64,000 nucleotides of DNA, from assembly GCF_009914755.1 (NCBI RefSeq), contig NC_060927.1; one strand, written 5' to 3'. A program made the position numbers and the translations under genes. Shown here one piece after another: positions 12,801 through 31,299 of the stretch. The DNA is from the human T2T-CHM13v2.0 reference genome, Homo sapiens. A model generated the notes under the pieces. It worked only from the letters and a program-made list of their open reading frames with translations. It did not search any database and was not told the origin of the DNA. Positions within the stretch are counted from its first letter, which is position 1. The number at the start of each line of letters is the position of its first letter.

Positions 12801-13599
12801 TTTAATCTATTATTAAATTTTTCCATTATGTTTTCAATTTCATTGATATTTTTCATTTTTATAAGTTAAATTTGGTTCCTTTCTGAATTTCTTGGTCATT
12901 ATTTATGAGTTCTTATTTCATGCTTATGTTTTCAAGCTTGGCTTTTATCTCTTTAAATGTAATATGCATGAATATTTTATTTTCTGTCTCTATTAGTTTC
13001 ATTCATGTCTATTGTTTCCTGTGTGTTTAGTTATTTTCTTCATGTGTTGCTCTGAAGGTGAATAAATTAATAATAGTATATTATTTTAAAAGATTATCTA
13101 AACTAAATATTATTTTGTTAGAATTTTGTCTACCCATTTCACTTAGGATTTGTACATATATGATATATTGAAATATGTGAAATTGATTTATAGTTTTGTT
13201 TTAAAGGGCCATTCTTGTAAATGTACACTTTATATAACTAACCTTCCTGATTTCCTGTCACAACTTGTATGTTGGCCTTAATTTTTTTGTTGTGGGACTT
13301 TTTTCTTGCCAAAAAGATTTATGTTTACCCTTTTCCAGGCACTTAGGGGCATTACCCATCCAAGGTCACTTTAAAATCAATTCTCAGCTTAAGATATTTT
13401 GATCCACCTGGGTAATTTGAATTTAGGTAAAAAATTATGATTAACAAAAAGGAGAGATATTCCCTCTTGCTTCCTTGTTAGTTTACCAGTGCATTTAAAA
13501 TGTTTTCTGATATTTTATCTACCATTTTATATAGTTTTTTGTTGAGAGTGCGGGTAAGGAAACCTAGTTAGCCACGTTACCAAGAAAATTCAGAAGTCC

Positions 13600-14950
13600 A
13601 GTATCATTTATTGATGGAAGAATTACAAATTAGTACAATAACATCAAGAAGAAAAATTTGGTAAAATCTCTCAAAAGTAGAAGTGTTCCTAAGTTTTTGG
13701 GTTACCAATCTTACATTTAGAAAGGTCATCCAAGTGCACAAATACTCATTTCAAAGATATTTACTTAAGTCTTACGTGAACTAGCAAAAAATAATGCAAA
13801 AAAATAACCCTACTCTTAGAAGACTGATTAAATAAATTCTTGCTCTTCCAAACACTGAACTATTACAGCCATTTAAAAATGCGGTCATTTTATATACACT
13901 GATATGTTTTGGTTACCCAGATATATTAATAGGTGAAAGCAGGAAGCTGCAGAATCATGTGATTAGGAAGCTACAGATTGTGTAAACTGAGTAACTAACC
14001 TGCCAATAGGGTGGAAGAAACTTACTTTCCACGGTTTACCCTTTTATATCTTTAGAATTTTAGGCCATATTTATATATTACATCTTCAAAAAAAAGACAG
14101 TTATAAAAAGAAAATAACAGTTTTTCCTATTCTTAACATACTGTTTTTTCTTAAATCAGGAATGAGCATTGGATTTTGTACAATTGCTTCTTTAAGCATC
14201 TTTATTTGTGATCATATATTTCCCTCAAATCCATTATTTAATTCTAAAATAAATTAATGTTCTAGATTATATTATTAAGTTCTCTAATATTGAGCTGTTC
14301 TTGTATTTTCTAAATAAATCTATTGGGTAATATTCAATTGTTATTTTAACAAATTGCTAGAATTTTACTCAGTCCTTCTTTACTTATGATTTCTACATTT
14401 ATATTCAAAAGGGAAATAAAAGTGAAGTAATCAATAGTTTAATGTTAAGAGTACACTCTTATTATATTTTGGAATTTGGATTATCCCTGAAAGAAGAGCT
14501 TGAGGACATTTCTAAGTTTTCCCTGTAGGACAAGAATTTAAGCAATGTAGGAATTATCTGGATTTTGAAGTTTTTATTAAAACCTAGATAACAATAATTC
14601 CGGCCCCAGTACATACAGGGGTAAATCTTTTATTTTTAAAAAATTCATGTTTGTGTTCTTCCAGGCTATTTGATGTTTTCTTGGGTAAATTTTGGTAATT
14701 TACAGTTTTCTGAAAAAGCATTTATGTTACTTATTCTATGAATAGCATATGTATTCTTTGTTTTACATAAATGAATAAATTTAAAGTGTATAGCTCAACA
14801 AATGTATCTGTATATATAATCATGTAGCTAATATCCAGATTAAGATAAAGAACATTTCTATCATTCCAAAAATTAATGGTCTCTTTTGGTCAATAGATAG
14901 TCATACCACACCCTGGAATATAACCACATTTTTTAATTTGTATCATCATA
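13600..14950. mobile_element. Highly degraded L1ME-type fragments in both orientations
   Basis: AT-rich remnants with recognisable L1M phrases (tacaaattagtacaata, aggaatgagcattggattttgtacaattgc, atccagattaagataaagaacatttc). Confidence 0.45.
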
Positions 14951-15555
14951 GAAAACTGTGAGGGGTTTGCTATCATTGTGAATGATAGGGAAAGATAAGC
15001 ATTCAGACAGTTTTCCATTTATGATTCCAGGCCCTGGTGGAGACCAGAAGTCCACATCCCACTCTTTATGCACGGCCACAGCTTCTACAGATCCACCTGT
15101 AAAAATAAAAGCCCAACTTCCCTGGCATCATCAGACCCAATGGAAGACTGAGTTCCAACGGTGGCCAGCCGCCTTGTGTTCAGGTTTTGATGAATTTCCC
15201 AAGGTCCCCTTCTTGAACATTCTTTACTGTGGTCTCCTTCTTGATCATTCCTCTGACTTCTGCTGGTGGCATCTAAAATATGCCTGGGTCTTATTAAACG
15301 CATAATTGCCAGTAGCAAGTATAACAGGTGATGTAAAATGGTCTTCAGGAACTTTACTGCTCTGTCAGATTTTGTTTGTTTGGTTGACTGGTTTTGCCAT
15401 TATTGTTAGAACATCTAAAATAAGCCATAGCCCTACCCTTCCTTCTTTAGACCTATTGTCAATGTTAAAATGACAGTGAGAAAAATCTTCCATTTTACTT
15501 AGCAAGTCTCCTATCAAGTGAGACCAGGGATTGAAGCCAACAGCCAGCCAATCAA

Positions 15556-15560
<5 letters not shown>

Positions 15561-15618
<58 letters not shown>
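15561..15618. repeat. (GT)29 microsatellite
   Basis: Uninterrupted 58-nt GT run. Confidence 0.98.
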
Positions 15619-15619
<1 letters not shown>

Positions 15620-18439
15620 GGGGAAGGCTGGAGAGCTGACCGTTCTCCTAGCAACTGCCTCCAAGCAATGTCCTAGTCCCTCTTGCTCCAGCTTTTGGTT
15701 TTCCCAGTACTCAGTTGGAGAACTAGGTCAACTGATTTCTCTTTGGCTGATGCAGATATCTGGACTTTTTAAGCATTGATTGACTTTTCTATTAGTTTTA
15801 TCCAATTTGTTTTCTATTTTTCAAAAATTGAAGATCTTCAAAGTTCTCGGCCTATGTATTATGCTCCACATCATTTCCCAAAGTTGTCACAGGCACTTTT
15901 GTTTGTTTCTGTTTTTGCATTTTAATATACTTTTAGGATTTTTATAGGGAAGAGGGGTAACTATGTTGACTCTATTTGCAAAGTTGAACTTGGAAATTTG
16001 ACATGAATATATTTCAAAAACTAATGTAAGAGGGCCCCAGAGAAAATGCTTCTTTAGGAGCAATTAGTTTAATGTATTCAGACCTTTCCAGAAATGCCTG
16101 GCTCTTGGTTCTTTTGAATTTAGGACAGAAGATCAATTAGATTTCATCTGATCAAAGCAGCTAAACAATTTGTAGAAGAAATAGTATCAAGGGGTTTATC
16201 TATATGTCTTGTACTTTTAGAACCTTTATTACTATCTGAAAGAATATTTGATTCAAACCTTTATTTTTAACACCTAGAATTTACCAAAACAGTTTCTGAC
16301 TTTGTATTGTTTCATGTTGTCCTTGATTTTCATACCACAAAAGATTAAAGATAATACCACTAATTATGAAATTTACAAAGAGCCCTTCCTGAGGATGATC
16401 TGCCAATGGTATTGTACTATCTAAAGACTTTTTGAGAAATAGCTTTGATAATGTATACTCATTAACAGGAGAATGCAGGAGATTAAAGGTAGCAAGGGTG
16501 AATAGCCTCTTATTTTTGCAAAACTTGTGCAACCTTTTATTCACCTACTAGAGCCATCTCTAGGTAATAATAAAAGAGAAGGTGTGCTGCAAATATGGAC
16601 TCAAAGACAGAATAAAGACACAAGGAGCTATTTTCTCTCAAGAGAACTGTAGTATCATAGATTAAAGGTGGAGAGGCAGCCATCATTTAAAGCAGCTCAT
16701 CTCCAAAAGATATTTATTCACAAATTGATTAAGAGTTGGAAATGAAAATGATTCAGTTGGTGGGAACATTATGGCAGCCCTTTAAAGTGTGATGGAAAAG
16801 ATGAAAAGGAGACGCACTTACCCTTTCCTTAGCATACACACAGAGATCAAAAAGACCAATGATCTCTTGATAGACCTAATGAGACTGTGCTTCTATTTAG
16901 CTCTGCAGTTATTTCTAGTGACTTGGGAGGCATGTTCTGTCTGACAAACGTGACTATCACATTGCTAGAGGCAGCATCACATTTCATGAATCTCTTTTTG
17001 GATGATTTGATTGAGTTTTCTAAAATTATAATGGAAATTAATGATACTTACCCGGACAACCCTTGATCTTTAATTACTCTCCAAAGACTTGCCTCATCTC
17101 CACTATTACCCATCCCAAAACCCTTAATGGCATCTACTTCTCACTTTCTCTCCTATCTCCCATCAAATCTACCAGCAAAGCTTGTCGGCTCCATCCTAAT
17201 CACTCCTCTACCTTTCCAAGTCTTCTTCCATTGCTGTTAGTTGACATCTCAATTGGGAACTGAGAACTCCCAACCATTCAGCTATCCAAGTCAAAGCAAT
17301 GAAACCAATTAATGTGCTAGTAAATCAAAGGCCATTGAGACTTTTAGTTTCTGTGTGTAATTAAAAGGAGTAGCAAATTCATAAAAGAGTCAATCTCAGA
17401 AAAAAAAAGTCAAGACTTATTTAAAGATTGAAAGTGCTATGTGTCCCAAATCAAAATTGGAAAGTACAATGACTCTTGTCTTATTTATTTGAAGTTCTAG
17501 GTTCGCAATTAAGGTGATGAGAATGGCTCATTAAGATCACTCTTTGAATCATTAAAATTTTACCCTCTGTGAAAAAGACAGAACTAGTTGTTTCACTGTC
17601 ATGGAATTCTCACATTCATGTCTGTGTCTTCTGTGGGCTCCACAATTTCCAAAACATACAGCGTTATTTTAGGTACTATTAAGAGAGAGAAAAATAATAC
17701 TAAAGTGGGACCTAAGCCTGGGACATAAGAACACTGTGCCCTCAGTGCAACAGCAAACAAGAAATACACTTGCCTGTTTCATTTGGCACTGGACAAAGAA
17801 AAAAAGGAAAAATTATCTGGGAATTTGAATCATAAACTGGAACTTAAGCAAATCTGCAGTCTGAATTCTCACTTAGTGGTGTAGTCCCAAAAACCTCAAG
17901 CAGAGAATTCAAAACGATCTCAGGTTATCATTGGTTAACATTGTGCCCATAGTGATGGGCAGATTCTCTCTGAAGGAGCTCTACTTCCTTCTCGCCTATC
18001 ATTCTTATTTCAGAGATGTTAAAACTGTTTAAATATGTGTGTCTTAGAGCAAACAAGATCCTTCATCATCTTGTCCACTTCTGGCCCAGCATGCCTTCTG
18101 TGTTCCACTCAACTCCATCTTGTGTAACTGTTGGACTTGTACTGGATTTTTAGATGAAGTAAGGACAACTGATATCACCTTGTTTTCACTGTTAAAGGTA
18201 ACAACGGGTCAGAGGAAATTAATGATAGATTCTCAGACTCGGAATGGATCCCATTAAAGGTCATCTTTCTAATAATAACCTACTCTCTGCCAGCACTGTG
18301 TCTAAGACCATAACTGATTACTAATTCCTTTGTGCCTCCATGTACCTAGACTATCTCTCTTTTATTGCAGTTACTATACTTATGGCAATTATATACTTTA
18401 ATGAATGTCTTCTCTCCTACATTGTGAGTTTACTGAAGA

Positions 18440-19260
18440 TAACTTTTTTAACCAAATGGTTATCCAATTGTCACAACACCAAGCCCATCTTTATCTGACT
18501 AATTTGAGAGGTTTCACTTATCTTATATCAAATTCCATAGATATTTGGGTCTACTTCTTGACTTTCTATTATGTTCCATTTGTCTGCATATTTATGTAGT
18601 AATACCACACTCGTTTAATTATTAATGTTTTATATTATGTTCTTATATAATTTTTCTCCTTTTTCAAGGGTTTCCTATCTCTTATTGCTCCTTTTAATAT
18701 GTAAACTTCAGAAACAGTATGGTAGGCAGAATAACGTCCTTCCTCCTCTCAAAGATATTCATGTCTTAATCCTTAGATTATGCTGTTGAAGGTTCTTATC
18801 CAAAAGCATGGTATGTCTATTTGTTCAGATCTGCTTTTGTGAATTGCAGGAGCATTTTAAGTTTTTGTCATATAGTTTTTACATTTCTTGTTCAATTTAT
18901 TTTGCTATGTATTTTATATTTTCAGTGGCTATTGTAAATATTATCTTTTCTTTCATTATCTCTTCTAATTAGTTTGCATTTGTGTATGTAAACACAATGG
19001 ATATCAATATATTAGTTTTATATATGCTACCTTACCATATTTTTCATTAATTATTACAGCTTCTCCAGATATACAACTATATTATCATCAAATAGGGATA
19101 GTTCTACTTCTTCCTTTCCAATTGTTATGCCTCCACTGGCTTTCTCCTGCTTGAGTACATTGACTAGTACCTTCAACACAATATTAAACAACAGTAGGCA
19201 TAGAAGGCATTCTTGTCTTCTTCTTGACTTTAACACCTTTTTCCAGAAAAACCTAGTATT
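18440..19260 (-). mobile_element. Old L1M ORF2 fragment
   Basis: ORF 19054-19236 ([18 protein letters not shown]...[13 protein letters not shown]) is a decayed L1 RT motif. Confidence 0.75.
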
Positions 19261-19587
19261 TCCCCATAAGTAGGATTATAGCCTATATAAGTACATTTAG
19301 AATCCATCATGTAGCTTATAGTTGAAGCCCTGTGGCTTCACAAAAATTATGAGGAAAAGAGTGAGAAGAGAGAGATCTGCAGACAAAGCTTTGGGGTTCA
19401 CAAATTTTAAGGTGGTTGGAAGAAGGATTATTGTTTTGACTCAAATTTGTCAGCTTACTCAATTATTTTGGTAAGTTATAAATGTAATCTTAAATTATTA
19501 TTGTGCACACAAGTAAGTTTGAACATTTTAGTAAACTTACCAATTACTATTTATTTATGTATTTAAAGTAATTAAGAATGACGGGCA

Positions 19588-19680
19588 CCAGTTGTGGTGG
19601 CTTACACCTGTAATCCCACCATTTTGGGAGGCCAAGTCAGGCAGATCACTTGAAGTCAGGAGTTCAAGACCAGCCTGAAC
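19588..19680 (+). mobile_element. Alu left-arm fragment
   Basis: gtggtggcttacacctgtaatcccaccattttgggaggcc...ggagttcaagaccagcctg, then stops. Confidence 0.85.
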
Positions 19681-21500
19681 TATTAAAACAAGTTAGCCCA
19701 TCAACAGTTTCTATATATCACAGTACCTTGCAGTGTGCTTTATGTTGGATGTATGGAAGGATGGATGGAAGGATGTTGGGCAGGTGGATGAATCAGATAG
19801 CTCTTCAAATGACTAACAATATAGCAAAAAAGCCAAGGGGATTTTTCAGGGTAAGACAAAATGGGGATGTTTTATATAAATGAACAGTCTTATATACAAA
19901 GGAGAAAAGGTAAAGTGGCACAGACAACTGATACAAATGTCTCAGGAGGATATTTGGTTATATATGTTATAAGCTTTTAAAAATTTCTTGCCTTTTTATC
20001 CATTTGTCCTGAGGATATATGGGGGTGTGGGAGGGATGGTTGCTGGAATCAGAAATGCTCACAAACAAATAAGCCTAAGAAGGTTCACATCAGTCTTATA
20101 AAGAATAACAAAGAATGAGCAGCAGCTTATATGTCCAGTAACAGAGATTTTGAATTATGTATGTATTATTAACTTATATATTTACTTGGATATTATCTGT
20201 CTTCATACTCAAGAATGAGAGGCAAAACTTTTTTCATCCACTGGGATATCCGCAGTGGATATATTGCAGAATCTGTATCTGTCTATCATCTCTCTTAATT
20301 TTTTTGGTTTAATTTAATATACAATTATTAAAATGTGCTTAGAAGTATTGTTTATGTGCCCATATCAAAAAGTTAGAAAATTTTCAAATTAATAGCCTAA
20401 TATCACAACTAAAAGAAATAGAGAAGCAAAAGCAAACTAACCCCAAAGCTAGCACAAGACAAGAAATAACCCCAATCAGAGCTATGCTGAAGAAGATCAA
20501 AACAGGAAAATCATGTGAAAGATCAATAAATCCAGGAGCTGGTTTTTTAAAGAAATTAATAAGATAGGCCACTAGCGAGACTAATAAGGAAGAAAAGAAA
20601 CAAGATCCAAATAAATACAATTAGAAACAACATAGAGTATGTTACCACTGATCCCACAGAAATATAAATAGCCATCTGAGACTGCTATGAACACCTGTAT
20701 GCACACAAACTAGGGAACCTAGAAGAGATGAATAAATTCCTGGACATACGCACCCTTCCAAGACTAAACCAAGTAATTGATTCCCGTAACCAATAATGAG
20801 ATTCAAAGTTGAATCAGTAATAAATAGCCCACTCACACAAAAAAAAAACCCATGACCACCAGATGGATTCACAGCTGAATTCTACCAGATATACAAAGAA
20901 GAGCTGGTACCATTCCTACTGAAACTATCCCAAAACCTCATTCTATGAGGCCAGCATTATCCTGATACCAAAACCTGGCAGAGACACAAGAAAAAAGAAA
21001 ACCCTAGGCCAATCTCCTTGATGAAAATTCATGCAAAAATCAACAACATACTTGCAAAGCTAATCCAGCAGTACATCGAAAAGCTAATCCACCATGATCA
21101 AGTAGGCTTTATCCTTGGGATTCAAGGTTGGTTCAAAATACACAAATCAATAAATGTGATTCATCACATAAACAGAACTAAAGACAAAAATTACAAGATT
21201 ATCTTAATAGATGCAGAAAAGACTTTTGATAAAATTCAACATCACTTCATATTAAAAACTCTCAAGGGGGTGGTTCCAAGATGACTGAATAGGAACAGCT
21301 CCGGTCTACAGCTCTCAGAGCAAGCAATGCAGAAGACGAGTGATTTCTGCATTTCCAACTCAGATCCCAGGTTCATCTCACTGGAGCTTGTCAGACAGTG
21401 GGTGCAGGACAGTGGGTGCAGCACACCGAGCATGAGTCAAAGCAGGGCAAGGCATCACCTCACCTGGGAAGTGCAAGGGGTCAGGGAATTCCCTTTCCTA

Positions 21501-21718
21501 GCCAAGCAAAGCTGTGACAGACGGCACCTGGAAAATCGGGTCACTCCCACCCTAATACTGCACTTTTCCAATGGTCTTAGCAAATGGCATACCAGGAGAT
21601 CATCTCCCGCGCATGACTCGGAGGGTGCCATGCCCATGGAGCCTTGCTCATTGCTAGCACAGCAGTCTCAGATCAAACTGCAAGGTGGCAGTGAGGCTGG
21701 GGGAGGGGTGCCTGCCAT
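21501..21718 (-). pseudogene. L1 ORF0 homologue with premature stop
   Basis: Antisense ATG at 21718 gives MAGTPPPASLPPCSLI then TGA (21668-21670); the same frame continues ...EKCSIRVGVTRFSRC, matching primate L1 ORF0. Confidence 0.7.
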
Positions 21719-22293
21719 TGCTGAGACTTGAGTAGGTAAACAAAGCAGCCAGGAAGCTCGAGCTTGGTGGAGCCCATCACAGCTCAAGGAGGCCTGCCTG
21801 CCTCTGTAGACTCCACCTCTGGGGGCAGGGCATAGCTGAACCAAAGGCAGCAGAAACCTCTGCAGACTTAAATGTCCCTGTCTGACAGCCTTGAAGAGAG
21901 TAGTGGTTCTCCGAGCACAGAGTTTGAGATCTGAGAACGGACAGACTGCCTCCTCAAATGGGTCCCTGACCCCCAAGTAGCCTATCTGGGAGGGACCCCC
22001 CAGTAGGGACAGACTGACACGTCACACGGCCAGGTACCCCTCTGAGATGAAACCTCCAGAGGAATGATCAGACAGCAACATTTGCTGTTCAGCAATATTC
22101 GCTGTTCTGCAGCCTCTGCTGCTGATACCCAGGCAAACAGGGTCTGGAGTGGACCTCCAGCAAACTCCAACAGACCTGCAGCTGAGGGTCCTGACTGTTA
22201 AAAGGAAAACTAACAAACAGAAAGGACATCCACACCAAAACCCCATCTGTACATCACTATCGTCAAAGACCAAAGGTAGATAAAACCAAAAAG

Positions 22294-23308
22294 ATGGGGA
22301 AAAAACAACAGAAAAACTGAAAATTCTAAAAATCAGAGCTCCTCTCCTCCTTCAAAGCAACAGAGCTCCTCACCAGCAACAGAACAAAGCTGGACAGAGA
22401 ATGACTTTGATGAGTTGAGAGAAGAAGGCTTCAGATGATCAAACTTCTCCAAGCTAAAGGAGGAAGTTTGAACCCATCGCAAAGAAGTTAAAAACCTTGA
22501 AAAAAGATTAGACGAATGGCTAACTAGAATAACAAATGCAGAGAAGTCCTTAAAGGACCTAATGGAGCTGAAAACCAAGGCACAGGAGCTATGTGATGAA
22601 TGCACAAGCTTCAGTAGCCAATTCAATCAACTAGAAGAAAGGGTATCAGTGATTGAAGATCAAATGAATGAAATGAAGTGAGAAGAGAAGTGTAGAGAAA
22701 AAAGAATAAAGAGAAATGAACAAAGCCTCCAAGAAATATGGAACTATGTCAAAAGACCAAATCTATGTCTGATTGATGCACCTGAAAGTGACGGGGAGAA
22801 TGGAACCAAGTTGGAAAACACTCTGCAGGATATTATCCAGGAGAACTTCCCCAACCTAGCAACACAGGCCAACATTCAAATTCAGGAAACACAGAGAATG
22901 CCACAAAGATACTCCTTGAGAAGAGCAACTCCTAGACACATAATTGTCAGATTCACCAAAGTTGAAATGAGGGAAAAAATGTTAAAGGCAGCCAGAGAGA
23001 AAGGTCGGGTTACCCACAAAGGGAAGCCCATCAGACTAACAGCTGATCTCTCAGCAGAAACTCTACAAGCCAGAAGAGAGGGGGGGCCAATATTCCACAT
23101 TCCCAAAGAAAAGAATTTTCTATCCAGAATTTCATATCCAGCCAAACTAAGCTTCATAAGTGAAGGAGAATTAAAATCCTTTACAGACAAGCAAATGCTG
23201 AGAGATTTTGTCACCACCAGGCCTGCCCTACAAGAGCTCCTGAAGGAAGCACTAAACATGGAAAGGAACAACCGGTACCAGCCACTGCAAAAACATGCCA
23301 AATTGTAA
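22294..23308 (+). pseudogene. L1 ORF1p remnant
   Basis: atggggaaaaaac start; C-terminal half open (LENTLQDIIQENFPNL...YPAKLSF...[10 protein letters not shown]); frameshift and stops in the N-terminal half. Confidence 0.9.
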
Positions 23309-23370
23309 AGACCATCGAGGCTAGGAAGAAACTGCATCAACTAACAAGCAAAATACCAGCTAACATCATA

Positions 23371-27481
<4,111 letters not shown>

Positions 27482-29309
27482 ACAATGAGAACACTTGGAC
27501 ACAGGAAGGGGAACACAGGAAGGGTGGGGAGAGGGGGGAGGGATAGCATTAGGAGATATACCTAATGTAAATGATGAGTTAATGGGTGCTGCACACCAAC
27601 ATGGCACATGTATACATGTGTAACAAACCTGCACGTTGTGCACATGTATCCTAGAACTTAAAGTATAATAAAAATATATATATAAAAGAAAAAATAATAA
27701 AAACTCTCAATAAAGTAGGTATTGAAGGAACATACCTCAAAATAGTAAGAGTCATCTATGACAAACCCACAGCCAACATCATATTTAATGGGCAAAAGCT
27801 GGAAGCATTGCCCTTGAAAACCAGCACAAGACAAGAATGCCCTCTCTCACAATTCCTATTCAACATAGTATTGGAAGTCCTGGCCACAGCAATCAGGCAA
27901 GAGAAAGAAATAAAAGGCATCCATATAGGAAAAGAGGAAATCTAACTATCTCTGCTTGCAGACAACATGATTCTATATCTAGAAAACCCCTAGTCTCTGC
28001 CCAAAACCTCCGTAAGCTGGTAAACAATTTTAGCAAAGTTTCAGGATACAAAATCAATGTACAAAAATTACTAGCATTCCTATACAACAACAACAGCCAA
28101 GCCAAGAGCCAAATCATGAATTCAATTCCATTCACAATTGGTGCAGAAAGAATAAAATACCTAGGAATACAGCTAACCAGGGAGGTGAAGGATCTCTACA
28201 TTGAGAATTACATAACACTGCTCAAAGAAATCAGAGATTACACAAACAAATGGAAAAACATTCCAAACTCATGTATAGAAAGAATCAATATTGTTAAATG
28301 CCATACTGCTCAAAGCAATTTACAAATTCAATTCCATTCCTATGAAACTACCAATGACATTCTTCACAGAACTAGAAAAAACTATTTTAACATCCATGTG
28401 AAACCAAAAAACAGTCCAAATAGTCAAGGTAATCCTAAGCAAAAAGAATAAAGCTGGAGGCATTATGCTACCTAACTTCAAACTATACTACAGGGCTATA
28501 GTAACCCAAACAGTATGGTACTGGTACAAAAATAGGCATATAGACCAATGGAACAGAATGGAGGGCCCAGAAATAAGGCCGTACACCTACAACCATCTGA
28601 TCTTTGACAAAGCTGACAAAAAATAAGCAGCAGGGGAAGGACTTGCTATTCAATAAATGGTGCTGGTATAACTGGCTAGCCACATGCAGAAGATTGAAAT
28701 GGGACCTCTTTCTTATACCATATACACCAAATACTCAAGATGGATTAAAAAATGTAAAACCCAAAACTATAAAAACCCTGGAAGACAGCATAGGCAATAC
28801 CATTCTGGACATAGGAATTGGCAAAGATTTCATGACAAAAATGCCAAAAGCAATCACAAAAAGGCAAAAATTGACAAACTGGATCTAATTAAACTTAAGA
28901 GCTTCTTCACAGCAAAAGAAACTATCAACAGAGTAAACAGACAACCTACAGAATGGGAGAAAATCTTTGCAAAATATGCATTTGGCAAAGATCGAATATC
29001 GAGTATCTATAAGGAACTTAAGCAATTTACAAAAAAAAAAAACTGCATTAAAAAGTGGCCAAAGAACATGAACCAACACTTTTCAAAAGAACACATACAT
29101 GTGCCAATAAGCATATGAAAAAAGTTCAATATCACTGATCATTAGAGAAATGCAAATCAAAACCACAATGAGATACCTTCTCACGTCAGTCAGAATGGCT
29201 ATTATTAAGAAGTCAAAAAAAAATAACAAATGCTGGTGAGGTTGCAGAGAAAAGGGAACACTTAAACACTTTTGATGAGAGTGTAAATTAGTTAAAACAT
29301 TTGATGAGA

Positions 29310-29616
29310 CATTCTCAGTAAACTATCGCAAGAACAAAAAACCAAACACCGCATATTCTCACTCATAGGTGGGAATTGAACAATGAGATCACATGGACAC
29401 AGGAAGGGGAATATCCCACTCTGGGGACTGTGGTGGGGTCGGGGGAGGGGGGAGGGATAGCATTGGGAGATATACCTAATGCTAGATGACACGTTAGTGG
29501 GTGCAGCGCACCAGCATGGCACATGTATACATATGTAACTAACCTGCACAATGTGCACATGTACCCTAAAACTTAGAGTATAATAAAAAAAATAAAAATA
29601 AAAAATAAAAAAAAAG
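29310..29616 (+). mobile_element. L1Hs pre-Ta element, severely 5'-truncated (~270 bp + tail)
   Basis: gctagatgacACGttagtgg (ACG at 29491-29493) and aaaacttaGagtataat (G at 29576); perfect TSD aaaacatttgatgaga at 29294-29309 and 29617-29632. Confidence 0.93.
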
Positions 29617-30564
29617 AAAACATTTGATGAGAGTGTAAAATTAGTAAAAACATTGTGGAAAGCAGTGTGGCAATTCCTCAAAGGGCTGAAAACAGAACTA
29701 CCATTCAACCCAGCAATCCCATTACTGGATATATACTCAAAGGAATATAAATCATTCTACCATAAAGACACATGCATGCAATGTTCATCGCAGCACTATT
29801 CACAATAGCGAAGACATGGAATCAACCTACCTGCCCATCAATAGTAGACTAAAGAAAATACAGTACATATACACGATGGAATACTATGCAGTCACGAAAA
29901 GGAACAAGACAATGTCCTTTGCAGGAACATGGATTATGCTGGAGGACATTATCCTTAGCAAACTAACACAGGAACAAAAAACCAAATACCACATATTCTC
30001 ACTTATACATGGGAGTCAAATGATGAGAACATATGAACACAGAGAGGAGAAAAACAGACACTAGGGCCTACTTGAGGGTGGAGGGTGGGAAGCAGAGGAG
30101 GATCAGGAAAAAAATATATTGATTACTAGGCTTAGTACCCAGGTGATGAAATAATCCATATAACAAACTCCCATGACACAAGTTTACCTACAAAACAAAA
30201 CTGCACATGTACCCCAGAACCTAAAATGAAAGTTTACTTTAAAGTTTTGTTTATGATATGAATGTGGCACCAGTTTAGTTCTGAATCTTCCCACTTCTTC
30301 TGGAGTCCAACAAGAACAACAAGGAGAGTGAAGAAGGAAAATCTCACACAATACACTTCAATGTAACTAGGACACAAAGGAAACCTGAATACTTAAAATT
30401 GTAGGTAAGTGTTTCAAAGAAGAGCCAAACAGCAAACCTATGCTGAAACAGCAAGCCCACCTTCAGGGGTGGCCCAGGTGAGAGCAGTAAGCATAGAGGA
30501 AGCAGAAGGGCACATAGATCTGGGAAATCTCTGCAAATATTCCCTTCCAGAAGGGTTCCTGCTG

Positions 30565-31275
30565 GGATAAACTCCAAATGAACCAAAGATTTGAATATAA
30601 AAAATGAAACCATGCAAGCTCTAGATAATAATACAAATTTCTTTATAAACCTGGAGTGGGGAAGATCTTCCTATGACTCAAAATCCAGAAGCCTTAAAAT
30701 AAAAGTTTAACAATTATATTACACGAAATTTTTATAAAAGTTCAAAAGCAATGTGAAGAAACTCCTGATATATTGGAATGAATATTTATAACTTACATTG
30801 CAGACAAAGAGCTAATCTCCCAAATACATAAAAAGGTGTAGAAACATTAGAAGAAAAAGTCTTAACCCAACCCAAAAGAAAACACAGAACTTGAACAGAT
30901 GGTTCACTGAAAAGAAATATTAAGCACATGAAAGGAAGTTCAATCTTACCGAAATAAAGAAATTCGAAGAAAGACCACATTGATCTACTATTGTCACCTA
31001 CCAGAGTGGTGCAGAGAAAAAAGAGTTTGAGAATACACTTTGTTGTCAAGGCTGTGGATAAATAGGGCCTCTCATACTTTACTGGGGGTTGTCACAATGG
31101 AACAATGCCTAAGGGGTCAGGTGAAGAGGAATCTGGCAAGTTTATAAATGCATTTGCCTTTACACAGGCAATCCTACTTGTGGGACACCTACACATGTAT
31201 GGAACAACATATGAACAAGGTTATTTATTGAGACACTGCATGTAGCTGCAAAATCCTGGAAAGAATCCCAGTGTT
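30565..31275 (+). mobile_element. Ancient L1ME-type ORF2/3' fragment
   Basis: ataaactccaaatgaaccaaagatttgaatataaaaaatgaaacc...aaggctgtggataaatagggcctctcatac...ctggaaagaatcccagtgttca. Confidence 0.65.
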
Positions 31276-31299
31276 CACACAAAGGTTTCTATACTCTGC

